A stretch of 64,000 bases of DNA, taken from NCBI GenBank assembly GCA_964486045.1, contig CAZALK010000004.1, positions 235,772 to 299,771 on the forward strand. The letters run 5' to 3'. Shown piece by piece: positions 10,517 to 21,037 of the stretch. The translations under genes were made by a program, and so were the position numbers. The first letter of the stretch is position 1, and every line of letters begins with the position of its first letter. The notes under the pieces were generated by a model that saw only the letters and a list, made by a program, of their open reading frames with translations, searched no databases and was not told where the DNA came from. The DNA is from an uncultured archaeon. GTDB lineage: Archaea; Asgardarchaeota; Lokiarchaeia; Sigyniarchaeales; SOKP01.

Positions 10517-11569
10517 TTGGTCTTATTTTTGCATAAATTAAACTCTGAAACACGTGAAATTGATGGCGTATTTCGATTTCAAATCGATTTTCCTACCTCA
10601 TATGGGTTAAAATTTGTGTGCATTTATTTAATTAAAATTGAAGACAAAAATGTGTTAATTGATGCCGGATTAAATTTCCCAGATTGGGAGAAAATTTTTT
10701 TTTCAGAACTTCAAAAATTGAATTTATCTATCGGAGATATCGATTACTTAATAGTCACACATGGACATCCCGATCATTTAGGTGTTATGAATACTTTAAA
10801 AACCAAGAATCCAGACGTTCAAATTTTAATGCATGAACTTACTCAGGAAAGTATTGCATGGATGAAAAACACTGATAATCTAGATGAAAAAAGTAAGAGA
10901 GCAGAAGAAATGTCGAAACAAATGATGATGTACGGTGTTAGCGAAAAACAAGGTAAAAGGATTATGCAGTTTCTTACTGCAATGCGAAGCTTCACAGAAT
11001 TCCAAGAACCTGATAGAATTTTACTCGACAATGAAGAAATCTCTATAGGTAGCAACATATTAAAAATAATTTGGACCCCTGGTCATTCATTAGGTCATAT
11101 TTGCATTTTTAATGAAAATACTTCTCATTTATTTGCAGGAGATCATATTCTTTCTAGAATAACTCCGCATATCGGGAGTTTTATGGTCCCTGTGGATATC
11201 TCAGCAAATTATCAAAACTATGATTTCAATAATATTTTGAAATATTATTTAAAATCTTTGGATCGGATAGATGAGCTAGATCCTAAAATTATTTTTCCTG
11301 CTCATCAAGATGTTATATATAATTCCCATGAACGTATATTAGAAATGAAAGCTCATCATCAAAGTAGGTTAATTGAAATTTCTCGGTTAATTGAAAATAA
11401 CCCATTAACTCCTTATGAAATCTCTCAAATTCATTTTGGAGATGAATTAGACGAGATAAATACCTTTTTAGGTCTTGGTGAAATTCTAAGCCATCTCATT
11501 TATCTGGAAAATCAAGATAAAGTAAAAAGAATTGAGAAAAATAATAGAATCTATTTTTTAAAAATCTGA
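10517..11569 (+). CDS. MBL-fold metallo-hydrolase with C-terminal winged helix
   Basis: THGHPDH, TPGHSLGH, AGDH and PAH metal ligands. Confidence 0.88.
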   Translation: MVLFLHKLNSETREIDGVFRFQIDFPTSYGLKFVCIYLIKIEDKNVLIDAGLNFPDWEKIFFSELQKLNLSIGDIDYLIVTHGHPDHLGVMNTLKTKNPDVQILMHELTQESIAWMKNTDNLDEKSKRAEEMSKQMMMYGVSEKQGKRIMQFLTAMRSFTEFQEPDRILLDNEEISIGSNILKIIWTPGHSLGHICIFNENTSHLFAGDHILSRITPHIGSFMVPVDISANYQNYDFNNILKYYLKSLDRIDELDPKIIFPAHQDVIYNSHERILEMKAHHQSRLIEISRLIENNPLTPYEISQIHFGDELDEINTFLGLGEILSHLIYLENQDKVKRIEKNNRIYFLKI

Positions 11570-11572
11570 TAG

Positions 11573-12418
11573 TTATTCTTCAAATGATTGCAAAATGGCA
11601 TCGAATCGTTTTTTTACTTGCTCTTTCCAAAATGAATCATTATGAGTGAAAATATATAATTTCTCCTTTTTAATCGCTTGGAATACAATATCTGCTACTT
11701 GATCAGGTAGAAGCATAGGAGATCCTTCCATTAACCTTTGTATTTCCTCTGCCCTTTCCTCACTCCTCCCTTCAGGGGATAATAACTCTTTTCTCCGTTT
11801 TTCAGATATACGGCTAAGAGCAGATAAAAATATATTGGTCTTAACAAATCCGGGACATAGAACTGAAACTTTAATATTTGGTCCATTTTCCTCCAATTCA
11901 AAGGCTAGTCTTTCTGTAAGGTGCATTAAAGCATGTTTACAAACTCCATATGTAGCACCTCCAACTCCGTTAGAAATTACTCCTTCAATTGATGAAGTAT
12001 TTACAATATGACATTCATTACCTTGTTTGAGCATGATGGGAATGAACGTACGTATGCCATGAATTACTCCCCACAAATTCACCCCTAAAACCTGTTCCCA
12101 TTCTTTTAGATCATATTCCCATACCAAATTCGGTACTGCAATTCCAGCATTGTTGAACAGTAAATTTACTTCTCCAAAGGTTTCTATTGTTTGTTTCGCT
12201 AAATCTTCAACTGCATTAGCTTTTGAAACGTCTACTACAACTGAAAGAACTTGCGTTCTTTCCCGTTTGAATTTTCTTTCTAACCTTTTTAAACGTCTCT
12301 CATCTATATCTGATATAACTACCTTCATTCCTTCTATAGCACATTTTTCGGCTAACCCTTGTCCTATGCCACTAGCCGCTCCAGTGATTACTGCTACCTT
12401 ATCCTTAAATTCTTTCAT
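11573..12418 (-). CDS. short-chain dehydrogenase/reductase
   Basis: TGAASGIG, NNAG, YGVCK. Start set at ATG 12418. Confidence 0.9.
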   Translation of the reverse strand: MKEFKDKVAVITGAASGIGQGLAEKCAIEGMKVVISDIDERRLKRLERKFKRERTQVLSVVVDVSKANAVEDLAKQTIETFGEVNLLFNNAGIAVPNLVWEYDLKEWEQVLGVNLWGVIHGIRTFIPIMLKQGNECHIVNTSSIEGVISNGVGGATYGVCKHALMHLTERLAFELEENGPNIKVSVLCPGFVKTNIFLSALSRISEKRRKELLSPEGRSEERAEEIQRLMEGSPMLLPDQVADIVFQAIKKEKLYIFTHNDSFWKEQVKKRFDAILQSFEE

Positions 12419-12561
12419 ATTAAGTATATCATCTATATTCAATAAAAAGCTTATTCCATGCATCTCAAAACTAATCAATCCTTATTAAGAGTGAAAGATA
12501 ATTAGTTATTTAATAAAATATCAATTTTCTGTAAAAACAAATTTAACGATCACGATTAATT

Positions 12562-13581
12562 ATGAAAGCGGCAGTTTTTTATGGACCACGAGATATCAAA
12601 ACAGAAGAAGTGGTGGATTACAAGATTCTAGATAACGAAATCCTTATAAAAGTTAAAGCTTGTGGAATTTGTGGTTCAGATTTGCATATGTATAAATTGA
12701 ATCTTTTTTCTATGATACTTGTAAAACCTTCAAAGAATGGGGGAATCCCCGGTCATGAATTTAGTGGTGAGATTGTAAAAGTAGGAAGTAAAGTCAAGGG
12801 ATTTATGGAAGGAGATAGAGTTGTCGCACTTACTAATGGGGGTATGGCTGAATACGTATCTGTTCCCATTATGGATGGCCTTAATATTATAAAATTACCC
12901 TCTGGTGTTAGTTACGAGGAGGCAGCAACACTCGAACCCTTAGCAAATTCTTATCATGCAATGATGAGGGGTAAACCTTTTAAAGGTGCGAATATTGTTA
13001 TTTTTGGTGTAGGTGCAATAGGATTAGGTATAATCCAATGCTTGAGAGCGCTTAGTATAGACGTAAATAAGATAATTGCAATAGATTTATCAGATCATCG
13101 TTTAGATGTTGCTAAAAAGTTTGGTGCTGATGAAATTATTAATTCCAAAGGGATAGATCCCATTCCAAAAGTTACAAAAATTGTGGGTAGTGTTCCCCTT
13201 TTTGGATCCCCCTTATTAAAGATGCCTAAAGTCGACATTGTGTATGACTGTGTAGGTTACATGAAAGAATATAAAGGACCTATAGTTCTCCAGCAATCTA
13301 TAAACATGGTTCGTGATAAAACAGGTACTATCGTGGTCCACGGGATATTCGAGGATAGTGTCTCTTTAGATCTAGTTTTTATGGTTGGTAAAGAAGTGAC
13401 AATTAAGGGATCATTTGCGTTTTCTCGAGAAGAGCTCGAAAAAAGTTTAGAATTAATGCAGAACAAACAAATTGATAGAACTCAAATTATTTCTCATGAA
13501 TTTTCTATAGATGAAGCAAATAAAGCTTTTGAAACTCAATGTAACACAGAGGAATCATTAAAGGTTCTAATAAAACCTTAA
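12562..13581 (+). CDS. zinc-dependent medium-chain alcohol/polyol dehydrogenase
   Basis: CGICGSDLH, GHEFSG, GVGAIG; lacks the structural-Zn Cys lobe. Confidence 0.88.
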   Translation: MKAAVFYGPRDIKTEEVVDYKILDNEILIKVKACGICGSDLHMYKLNLFSMILVKPSKNGGIPGHEFSGEIVKVGSKVKGFMEGDRVVALTNGGMAEYVSVPIMDGLNIIKLPSGVSYEEAATLEPLANSYHAMMRGKPFKGANIVIFGVGAIGLGIIQCLRALSIDVNKIIAIDLSDHRLDVAKKFGADEIINSKGIDPIPKVTKIVGSVPLFGSPLLKMPKVDIVYDCVGYMKEYKGPIVLQQSINMVRDKTGTIVVHGIFEDSVSLDLVFMVGKEVTIKGSFAFSREELEKSLELMQNKQIDRTQIISHEFSIDEANKAFETQCNTEESLKVLIKP

Positions 13582-13698
13582 TTTTTTTTAGAAAATATTA
13601 TACTTAAAAATTAAGCATTTTTTGGTTCATTTATCTTATTTATTTTTCTTGTTTCCTTTAATTGTTTTTTAATAAATTTAAAGTAAATAAATTTAGAG

Positions 13699-13905
13699 CT
13701 ATGAATCAAATGCTTTAAGAATTCCATCAAATCGTTCTTTAACTCGGCTTTTCATAAATATATCTTTATGAGTAAGAATGTAGAATCTTTCTGCTTTTAT
13801 TTCTTTCATTATAATCTCAGCAGCTTTTTCTGGAGAGATAGTAAGTGATTGTTTTAAAGCTTCTTCAACATCAAAATCTAATTTTGAGTAAATTACTTTT
13901 TCTAA
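13699..13905 (-). pseudogene. frameshifted C-terminal remnant of an SDR
   Basis: Manual translation LEKVIYSKLDFDVEEALKQSLTISPEKAAEIIMK/IKAERFYILTHKDIFMKSRVKERFDGILKAFDS* aligns with the C-terminus of SDR 11573-12418. Confidence 0.75.
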
Positions 13906-13908
13906 TTA

Positions 13909-14814
13909 TTACATGTAATCTTCGATATTTATTCCATGTTTATGAAAGTGCTCCCTAAAGGTGTTACCTCGATTTTTTATCCCTTCTGTTAAGAAATTCT
14001 CATATTGTTGTGGATCCTTCCCTTTCAAAGCCAAGATTTCGAGATAAAAAGGATTATCAAAAACATATAATTGATTCTTTTCAATTCCCTCAAGATATTT
14101 TTCTACAGCATCGTCAGGTGAAATGGCACCTTCGGCAACAGTACCCATCAGGGATTGATAAGCTTCATCTAATTTTTCTTTGCCAAAATCTTTTAAAAGC
14201 TTTGGAGGATATTGTATCTTATCAGTATCAATATTAAGTATGTTAGTTTTTATCCATGCTGGTACAATAACAGATACGTTTATACCAAGATTATTAAGAC
14301 GTGCAAAAAAAGTTTCTGATAGTCCTACTACACCAAATTTAGCCGCGATATATGGAAGTGGTTCTGCCATACCTAAAATACCGGCTCCTGAGGCTACATT
14401 TGCTATATGTCCAGATCGTCTTTTAACCATGCGCGGTAAAAATGCCTTCATAGAATGGATTATACTCCATAAATCCGTATCGATTACTTTCTTCCAGACC
14501 TTTAAATCGATATTGAGCATATCCCCATCCATAGCAATTCCCGCATTGTTTATTAGAAGATCTACATCTTGAAATTTGTTATAAAATTCATCAGCAGATC
14601 TTTCAAAATCTTCATATATCGATACGTCACACTTACTCGTAAACACCTTAACATCCTCATTTTCAGCTTCTTTCTTAACTTTTTCTAGCCCCTCAATGTT
14701 AATATCCGTGAGAAAGAGATTCATTCCCCGTTTCGCTAAAGCAAGAGCAAACGAACGTCCGATACCACTGGCTGCTCCAGTTATAAAGCCATTTTTATCT
14801 TTAAAATCCTTCAT
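13909..14814 (-). CDS. short-chain dehydrogenase/reductase
   Basis: TGAASGIG, NNAG, YIAAK. Confidence 0.9.
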   Translation of the reverse strand: MKDFKDKNGFITGAASGIGRSFALALAKRGMNLFLTDINIEGLEKVKKEAENEDVKVFTSKCDVSIYEDFERSADEFYNKFQDVDLLINNAGIAMDGDMLNIDLKVWKKVIDTDLWSIIHSMKAFLPRMVKRRSGHIANVASGAGILGMAEPLPYIAAKFGVVGLSETFFARLNNLGINVSVIVPAWIKTNILNIDTDKIQYPPKLLKDFGKEKLDEAYQSLMGTVAEGAISPDDAVEKYLEGIEKNQLYVFDNPFYLEILALKGKDPQQYENFLTEGIKNRGNTFREHFHKHGINIEDYM

Positions 14815-15008
14815 AGTTTTTCATTCCTATTTTGACATTAATTTATGAAAAATGAAGTTAGGCATAAAAAGTTTTAAAATGTCTACATCAAGCGATTAGT
14901 TGAAAAGTTTTTAATTGATAGAATGAAATTTGAAGTGTGTCTAATAGTCTTCTATATTGATAATCTGTTTAAAAAATTAAAATCTTAAAATAAAAAAAAA
15001 AAAGAATT

Positions 15009-15461
15009 TTAAGGAAGTACTACTTCCTTTTCACCCATATAATAAAAAATCGCTGTTAACAGACTCCCAATGATCCCTCCATAAAATCCTGCATCAAACC
15101 ACCACCACCATTCCTCATCTGTCGCAATTGCAGCAAAAATTATCCCACCTATGATTGAAAGAATAAAAGCGCCAACGGCAGAGTATAATCCATACTTAAC
15201 ATATTTTTTATCAGGGATTTTTTCCGGAAATTTAAGCACCAGAATAGAAATAATCATGCTGTAGAGAAGCAAAAATGCCGTTATGATTATTGGTACACCT
15301 GACACCCCAGAGAATGCTCCTACTCCCCCCCACATATAAACACCAAGATAATAATTAGAACCGTTGAAACCACCAAAATCAGTAGCAAGAAGTAGTATTG
15401 CTCCCACTGCACTTGTTATTAAAGCACCTACAAAAAAAGTTACAGACCTATTTTCTGACAT
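15009..15461 (-). CDS. hypothetical membrane protein (about 4 TM helices)
   Basis: Four hydrophobic segments; WWWWFDAGFYGG. Confidence 0.7.
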   Translation of the reverse strand: MSENRSVTFFVGALITSAVGAILLLATDFGGFNGSNYYLGVYMWGGVGAFSGVSGVPIIITAFLLLYSMIISILVLKFPEKIPDKKYVKYGLYSAVGAFILSIIGGIIFAAIATDEEWWWWFDAGFYGGIIGSLLTAIFYYMGEKEVVLP

Positions 15462-15562
15462 TTTGATCAATTTTTAATTTTGATTCTTTTTTAATATTTG
15501 ATAATAAAGTTGAGTTATTAAATTATTTAAAGATTTATTTTATGTTATTAAAATGGGCAAAA

Positions 15563-16486
15563 CTAAAAATTACCCGCTTCTACAGCATCTTTAGAAACGA
15601 TTTGTATTGTAGATTCAATGATTTTATACTTATTAGACAAAAATTCGTTGATCTTTGAAATCAAATCTTCTTGATTTGAAGTAACCATTTCATTCTTTAA
15701 TTTTATATGCGATGAATATACAGTCATATTTGGTATAATTGTCCAAAGATGGGAATCAAAAAAGTCAAGAATTTCAGGAAAATTAGTCTTTAAATCTTCG
15801 GTGATTGTTTCAATATCCATTCCCTTTGGTGCCATTTCAAGCAATATTCGAGTAGAATCTCTTAATATCCTCCACGACCAATAAATAATTACAGCAGATA
15901 TGCCTAAGCTCACAATAGGGTCAAGAATAACGATTCCTGTAAAAATTATAATTATAGCTACAATAACAATGCCTATTGAAGAAGCAGCATCTGCAATCAT
16001 ATGGTAAAAAACACTTTTAACATTTAGGCTGGTTTTATGAGTACTCTGAAGAATTAGAACGCTTGTTATGTTTACAGCTAATCCAATAAAAGCTACAATA
16101 AGCATATAAAAGCCAAATATTTCTTGAGGATTTAAAAATCGAAGGATTGCTTCAAAGATGATTATCCCTACAATCGGAATAAGAAATAAACCGTTTATAA
16201 AAGCGGCTAATACTTCTGCTCGATATAATCCAAAAGTTTTACGATGACTTGCGGGTTTTTTAGAGATCCAATTAGCTAACAAACTAATGCTAATAGCGAA
16301 AACATGTGTAAACATATGACCGGAATCGCTAAATAATGCTATACTATTGGTGATAAAACCCCCTATAATTTCTACTATCATGACAACAGCAGTAATTATA
16401 AGAGATAAAAGTAATCTTCTTCTTTCTACAGAGCGAAATTGAAACAAATGACCAGTATAAGCACTTTTGGCATCGGTATCTTCCAT
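15563..16486 (-). CDS. cation diffusion facilitator (CzcD/ZitB-like) transporter
   Basis: SIALFSDSGHMFTH, TFGLYRAEVLAA, HMIAD. Start set at ATG 16486. Confidence 0.9.
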   Translation of the reverse strand: MEDTDAKSAYTGHLFQFRSVERRRLLLSLIITAVVMIVEIIGGFITNSIALFSDSGHMFTHVFAISISLLANWISKKPASHRKTFGLYRAEVLAAFINGLFLIPIVGIIIFEAILRFLNPQEIFGFYMLIVAFIGLAVNITSVLILQSTHKTSLNVKSVFYHMIADAASSIGIVIVAIIIIFTGIVILDPIVSLGISAVIIYWSWRILRDSTRILLEMAPKGMDIETITEDLKTNFPEILDFFDSHLWTIIPNMTVYSSHIKLKNEMVTSNQEDLISKINEFLSNKYKIIESTIQIVSKDAVEAGNF

Positions 16487-16491
16487 ATCAA

Positions 16492-17622
16492 TCAAGTTTT
16501 TTTCTTTTTTTCTCGATTTTTTTTGGTAACACAATAAACTGGACCTTTTCTCATGACTACTAAGCAAGAACTACAACTTTTGCATTTTGCTGGTGAAATA
16601 TCACCACTTTTCCAACGATTAGGTAGATCAGGTTCGTATATTAAAGGACGACACATCGAAATAAAATCTGCATATTGGTCATCTAGTATTTTTTCTGCAG
16701 CGAGGGGATTTTTAATGCCTCCAACCAGAATTAATTTTGTATTATTTATAAGAGGTTTTATCAATTTAGCTGTAGGTAAAAAATAGTTTTCACCCTCCGA
16801 TGATTTAATCGTTTTGCTAGGATAGGGATTTCTATGGGTTAATTGACTTTCATAAATTCCTCCACTAGGTTCAATAGCATCAAAACCAGTATCGGCAAGA
16901 ATCTTGGCTATTTTTGAACTCGTACCTAATGTAAGCCCTCCAGGTACCAAATCGTCAGTTTGGAGTTTGACTGTTATAGGGAATTCTTTTCCAAGCTCAT
17001 CTCTGGTTTGATGGAAGATTTCTACAAGTATTTTAGCCATATTTTCAATACTTCCCCCAAATTCATCTGTTCGTCTATTTGTATAAGGTGATAGGAAATT
17101 ACTTAGCAGGTAGCCATGAGCAGCGTGGAGTTGGACCATATCATACTCGCATTCGTAGGCTCTAACAGAAGTTTCTTTATATTTTTTAATAAGTTCGTAA
17201 ATTTCTTTAATACTTAGTTCTTTTGGTGTTGAACCCGTCGTCTTTTCTGGAATCGGAGAAGGTGCAACGGAAGGGAATTTTGGATGCTCACCTTGCCGCC
17301 CCATATGAGCAATCTGCATAGCTAGTTTGACATCTGGTTGATCATGAACTAAATTCACTAATTTTTTGTGACCTGGAATATAGGAATCATTATCTAATCG
17401 AAGTTGATATGGGCTTCCTGTCGCACTCGGATCAATTCCGGTAAATCCAGTTATAATTAAACCTGTTCCACCGCGTGCTAAATCATTGTAAAAATCTAGT
17501 ATTTTTTGACCAACATATCCATATTTTTCAGCTCTATGCTCAAAAGTAGCAGACCTGACAATTCTATTACTAATCAAAACGTTCCCAATTCTTTGTGGAC
17601 TGAATAGCGTTTTTAATTTCAT
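16492..17622 (-). CDS. NADH:flavin oxidoreductase (old yellow enzyme family)
   Basis: NRIVRSAT, QLHAAHGYLL, NRRTDEFGGS, C-terminal CxxCxxC. Confidence 0.92.
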   Translation of the reverse strand: MKLKTLFSPQRIGNVLISNRIVRSATFEHRAEKYGYVGQKILDFYNDLARGGTGLIITGFTGIDPSATGSPYQLRLDNDSYIPGHKKLVNLVHDQPDVKLAMQIAHMGRQGEHPKFPSVAPSPIPEKTTGSTPKELSIKEIYELIKKYKETSVRAYECEYDMVQLHAAHGYLLSNFLSPYTNRRTDEFGGSIENMAKILVEIFHQTRDELGKEFPITVKLQTDDLVPGGLTLGTSSKIAKILADTGFDAIEPSGGIYESQLTHRNPYPSKTIKSSEGENYFLPTAKLIKPLINNTKLILVGGIKNPLAAEKILDDQYADFISMCRPLIYEPDLPNRWKSGDISPAKCKSCSSCLVVMRKGPVYCVTKKNREKKKKT

Positions 17623-17643
17623 TTTTATCTTGATCTTTATCAT

Positions 17644-18765
17644 TCAGTAATTATCAGGGATTTTGCGAAAGTTTTTTATATATTTTTTTTCCAAATTCTT
17701 CTTTGTTACACAATATGTTCCGGTATTCATTGTAGTAAAGCAGGAATTACAACTGATGCATTTCGCTGGCGATAAGTCACCACTTTTCCAACGATTGGGA
17801 AGATCTGGTTCATGAATTAATGGTCTAGAAAGTGAAATAAAATCTACTTCCCCTCTTTCTAAGATTTTTTCAACAGATATCGGATTTCGAATCCCACCCA
17901 CCAATATTAAGGCACAATCATTCATTAACGGTTTCATTTTTTTTACAGTAGGAAGAAAATAATTTTCATGTTCCTCTTTTTTAACTATTTTACTTGAAGG
18001 TGTACCACTTGGCTCAATTCCGTCGAATCCAATGTCAGAAAGAATTTTTGAGATTTCGATTCCTACTTCCTTAGTAATCCTATTTGGGAGTAAATCTAAT
18101 GATTGAAATTTTATTAATATCGGAAATTGTTTTCCGAGTTGATCTCTGATTCCGTTATGAATATCTCTCAAAACTTTAGTTCTCTCTTGAATATTTCCTC
18201 CAAACTCATCAGTCCGCTTGTTTGTAAAAGGAGAAAGAAAATTATTTAAAAAATAGCCATGAGCAGCATGGAGTTGGACCATGTCATATCCACATTCGTA
18301 TGCCTTAAGGCCTGATTCTACAAATTTCTCAATATAATCCTTAACTTCGTCAGTTGTCAAACCCCGTGGTATTATTCCTGTTGCTTCATTAGGGATTGGT
18401 GAAGGTGCAACTGTAGGGTATTTTGGATGAATTCCTTGACGCCCAGAGTGCTGAATTTGCAAAGCAATTTTGGTATCATCATGATCATGTACCAATTTAA
18501 CTAGTTTCTTGTTCCCTGGAAGATGAGATTTATCATACATAACCATTTGATACGGACCACCTGCACCACCTGGATCTACCGCTGCAGCTCCCGTTATGAT
18601 TAAACCTGTACCACCCTCTGCCAATTCTTCGTACATTTTAAGAAGACGCTCCCCAACATAACCATCTTTCTCGGCTACATGCATAAATGTTGCAGAACGT
18701 ACAATACGGTTTTTAATCTGGACATTTCCAATTTTTTCCGGGCTGAAAAGGATTTTAAGTTCCAT
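17644..18765 (-). CDS. NADH:flavin oxidoreductase (old yellow enzyme family), tandem paralog
   Basis: NRIVRSAT, QLHAAHGYFL, NKRTDEFGG, CISCNSC. Confidence 0.92.
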   Translation of the reverse strand: MELKILFSPEKIGNVQIKNRIVRSATFMHVAEKDGYVGERLLKMYEELAEGGTGLIITGAAAVDPGGAGGPYQMVMYDKSHLPGNKKLVKLVHDHDDTKIALQIQHSGRQGIHPKYPTVAPSPIPNEATGIIPRGLTTDEVKDYIEKFVESGLKAYECGYDMVQLHAAHGYFLNNFLSPFTNKRTDEFGGNIQERTKVLRDIHNGIRDQLGKQFPILIKFQSLDLLPNRITKEVGIEISKILSDIGFDGIEPSGTPSSKIVKKEEHENYFLPTVKKMKPLMNDCALILVGGIRNPISVEKILERGEVDFISLSRPLIHEPDLPNRWKSGDLSPAKCISCNSCFTTMNTGTYCVTKKNLEKKYIKNFRKIPDNY

Positions 18766-18966
18766 TTATGTCTCAATTTTAGCTAATTTTTGTTATGTCA
18801 ATTTATATTTAATATTAACAGTTCTGATCTTTTCGGGGCTAAATAAAGTTTTTACATTCACATAAATCGCTTTTATTATGATGTTGAAATAAAATATGAA
18901 TTTAATAATTATTATTTTGTGATTTTATAAAAGAAGAAATTACGTAAAACAAGGTTAAATGTTAAA

Positions 18967-19374
18967 CTAATTCTCAGCTTTAAACTTTTCAAGGATTTGT
19001 TTTAAGGAATTGTAATTAATTGCTCCAGGTTGTCTTTTCAATACTTGACCGCCTTTAAGAAATATAGTTGTTGGAATAGCTGTAATACCAAATTGTTGAG
19101 CTATTAACGGATTTTCATCAGTGTCAATTTTAACGAAAATAAAATCTTTATAATATTCTTGTTGTATTTTTTTAAAGATTGGTGCAAAAATCTTACAAGG
19201 ACCACACCAGACTGCCCAAAAATCAATCACTATTATTTTTTCATTAAAATCATACGACAATCTCTTCAAATCTTCTTCATTTTTTATTGAAACAATTTCT
19301 TTGGGGATTGATTGGAGTTTCAATAGCATTTCCGCTTTTTTCTGACGTATTTTTTCTAGTTCATCATCGGACAT
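18967..19374 (-). CDS. trxA: thioredoxin
   Basis: DFWAVWCGPCK and the cis-Pro AIPT motif. Start set at ATG 19374 (MSDDELEKIRQKK). Confidence 0.9.
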   Translation of the reverse strand: MSDDELEKIRQKKAEMLLKLQSIPKEIVSIKNEEDLKRLSYDFNEKIIVIDFWAVWCGPCKIFAPIFKKIQQEYYKDFIFVKIDTDENPLIAQQFGITAIPTTIFLKGGQVLKRQPGAINYNSLKQILEKFKAEN

Positions 19375-19680
19375 TCTGATCCCAATATTCGGTTTTTTAA
19401 TCTTCTTGAAACTTTTATATAAAACAAGTGAATGTATTAATTTAAACACCATGATTATTAGTGATATTTCATAATATAAGAACGGCTTTGGTAAATAATT
19501 TGAAAAAAAAAAATCCGGATTTTTAATAAATGGATGAAAAAGGGTTTTAAACAGTTTATTCACAGAAAGATGATATTTAATCTAAAAATTTTAATAATTA
19601 GATCCATGTTTTCTTTAAAAATCCTTTTAAGATTAAAATCCTTTAAATTTACTTATAGGAGTAGTTAAGTATTAATTTTC

Positions 19681-20439
19681 ATGAAAATTCATTCTCTCTT
19701 TATCCTAAAAAAAACTGGGATTTGTATCTATAATCGAAATTTTACCACCGATTTTGAAAATATTGAGGTTAATTTGATTACACCCTTTTTTTCCGCTATT
19801 TTTTCTTTTTCTGAGAATGTAATTTCAAAAAAAACACCTGAAATCCTTGAAATGAGCGAATTAAGATTTGTGTTTAAAATTCATGAAGGCTTTATTTTCA
19901 CTATCTTATCTGATTCAAGTGCAAGTCTTATTTTCGTTAATTCTCGGTTATCAAGGATAATAGACGAGTTTCTTGACTTATTCCCCGATCTAAGCCAGGT
20001 TAAAGATTATCAACAAATAGAGGAACCGAAATTTGATGAACTGGTTGATTCGATAATTACGGGAGAAGAAGAGATATATTTAAGTAAAGTTTTTTTCCAG
20101 AAAATAATTGATGTTTTTAAAGCTTTAATGTATGAGAACGAAATCGTTGGGGCAGCTCTTCTCTCAATTAAGGGAAACGTTATTTATACTTCACTTCCTA
20201 ATGAGATACTTGTAAATTCACTTAAAGAATTAGAAATCAGATATAGAGTTGGGGCATTGACACTACCAGAAATGTATAGTCGATTAGAAAATGGCCAAAA
20301 AGTAGTTTCCAAAATAATTGATATTCCCTGGAAATTAGATCCACTTTTAGTTGTTATTTTATATGAAAGCACCGTGCCGTTGGGAATGGCAGAAGTAAAT
20401 CTAGATAAAATAGCTAACAAAATCATTCATATAATATAA
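19681..20439 (+). CDS. longin-like N-terminal domain plus roadblock/profilin-like C-terminal domain protein
   Basis: MKIHSLFILKKTGICIYNRNF...LITPFFSAIFSFS longin-type start; VGAALLSIKGNVIYTSL roadblock-like strand pattern. Confidence 0.6.
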   Translation: MKIHSLFILKKTGICIYNRNFTTDFENIEVNLITPFFSAIFSFSENVISKKTPEILEMSELRFVFKIHEGFIFTILSDSSASLIFVNSRLSRIIDEFLDLFPDLSQVKDYQQIEEPKFDELVDSIITGEEEIYLSKVFFQKIIDVFKALMYENEIVGAALLSIKGNVIYTSLPNEILVNSLKELEIRYRVGALTLPEMYSRLENGQKVVSKIIDIPWKLDPLLVVILYESTVPLGMAEVNLDKIANKIIHII

Positions 20440-20491
20440 CAACAATCGAATCTTCTCATAATAAATAAAAAAAAAGGGGAGATTGTTATAT

Positions 20492-20761
20492 TTATAAATT
20501 TTTCATGCTGAAAGTAAATTTTCGTGGGTTTAAGCTGTAATAACTAAATGATTCTTTATATCTTTTGTCTGAACGTCGTCGTTCCCTTTTCGAATCACGA
20601 TTTTTTTTGCTTCTTATTTTTTTTATCCTTTTAGGGGGTGTATCTACATCAGACTCGAAAACATGAATGAATTTAATGAGCGATTTCTTTTTAGTATTAG
20701 CCTCGATTTCTAATTCTTTTTCTAAAACCAAATCATCTACAATTTTTTCTTTTGACTCCAT
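20492..20761 (-). CDS. small charged hypothetical protein
   Basis: ATG-started 89-aa ORF filling an intergenic gap; acidic N-half, basic C-half. Confidence 0.45.
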   Translation of the reverse strand: MESKEKIVDDLVLEKELEIEANTKKKSLIKFIHVFESDVDTPPKRIKKIRSKKNRDSKRERRRSDKRYKESFSYYSLNPRKFTFSMKNL

Positions 20762-21037
20762 AAAAGATCAACAATGAGATTTAAGTAAATAAAAAAGTGA
20801 AAATTTTTTTCTCTTATAGATCACACATAAATTGCTCAATATTTAAATTAATTTTTAAAAAAGAAATTGCGTCCTAGAATAACATAAAAGGGTTTGTTGT
20901 AAAAAATAGATGGAATTTTATGAAGTTAAAAAAGATATAAAATTTTCTCAATGCCGTAAAAATTCCAATTCTAAAAATTAAAAACCTAAATTTAATTATT
21001 TAAAGTAATTTTATACAAGAATTCCTACTGGTTAAAT

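Noticed and set aside
19375-19563. N-terminal extension of thioredoxin in the ORF track (similar extensions on the thiolase, CDF and Nudix genes)
   Set aside because: AT-rich intergenic or overlapping sequence; downstream ATGs match the family N-termini.
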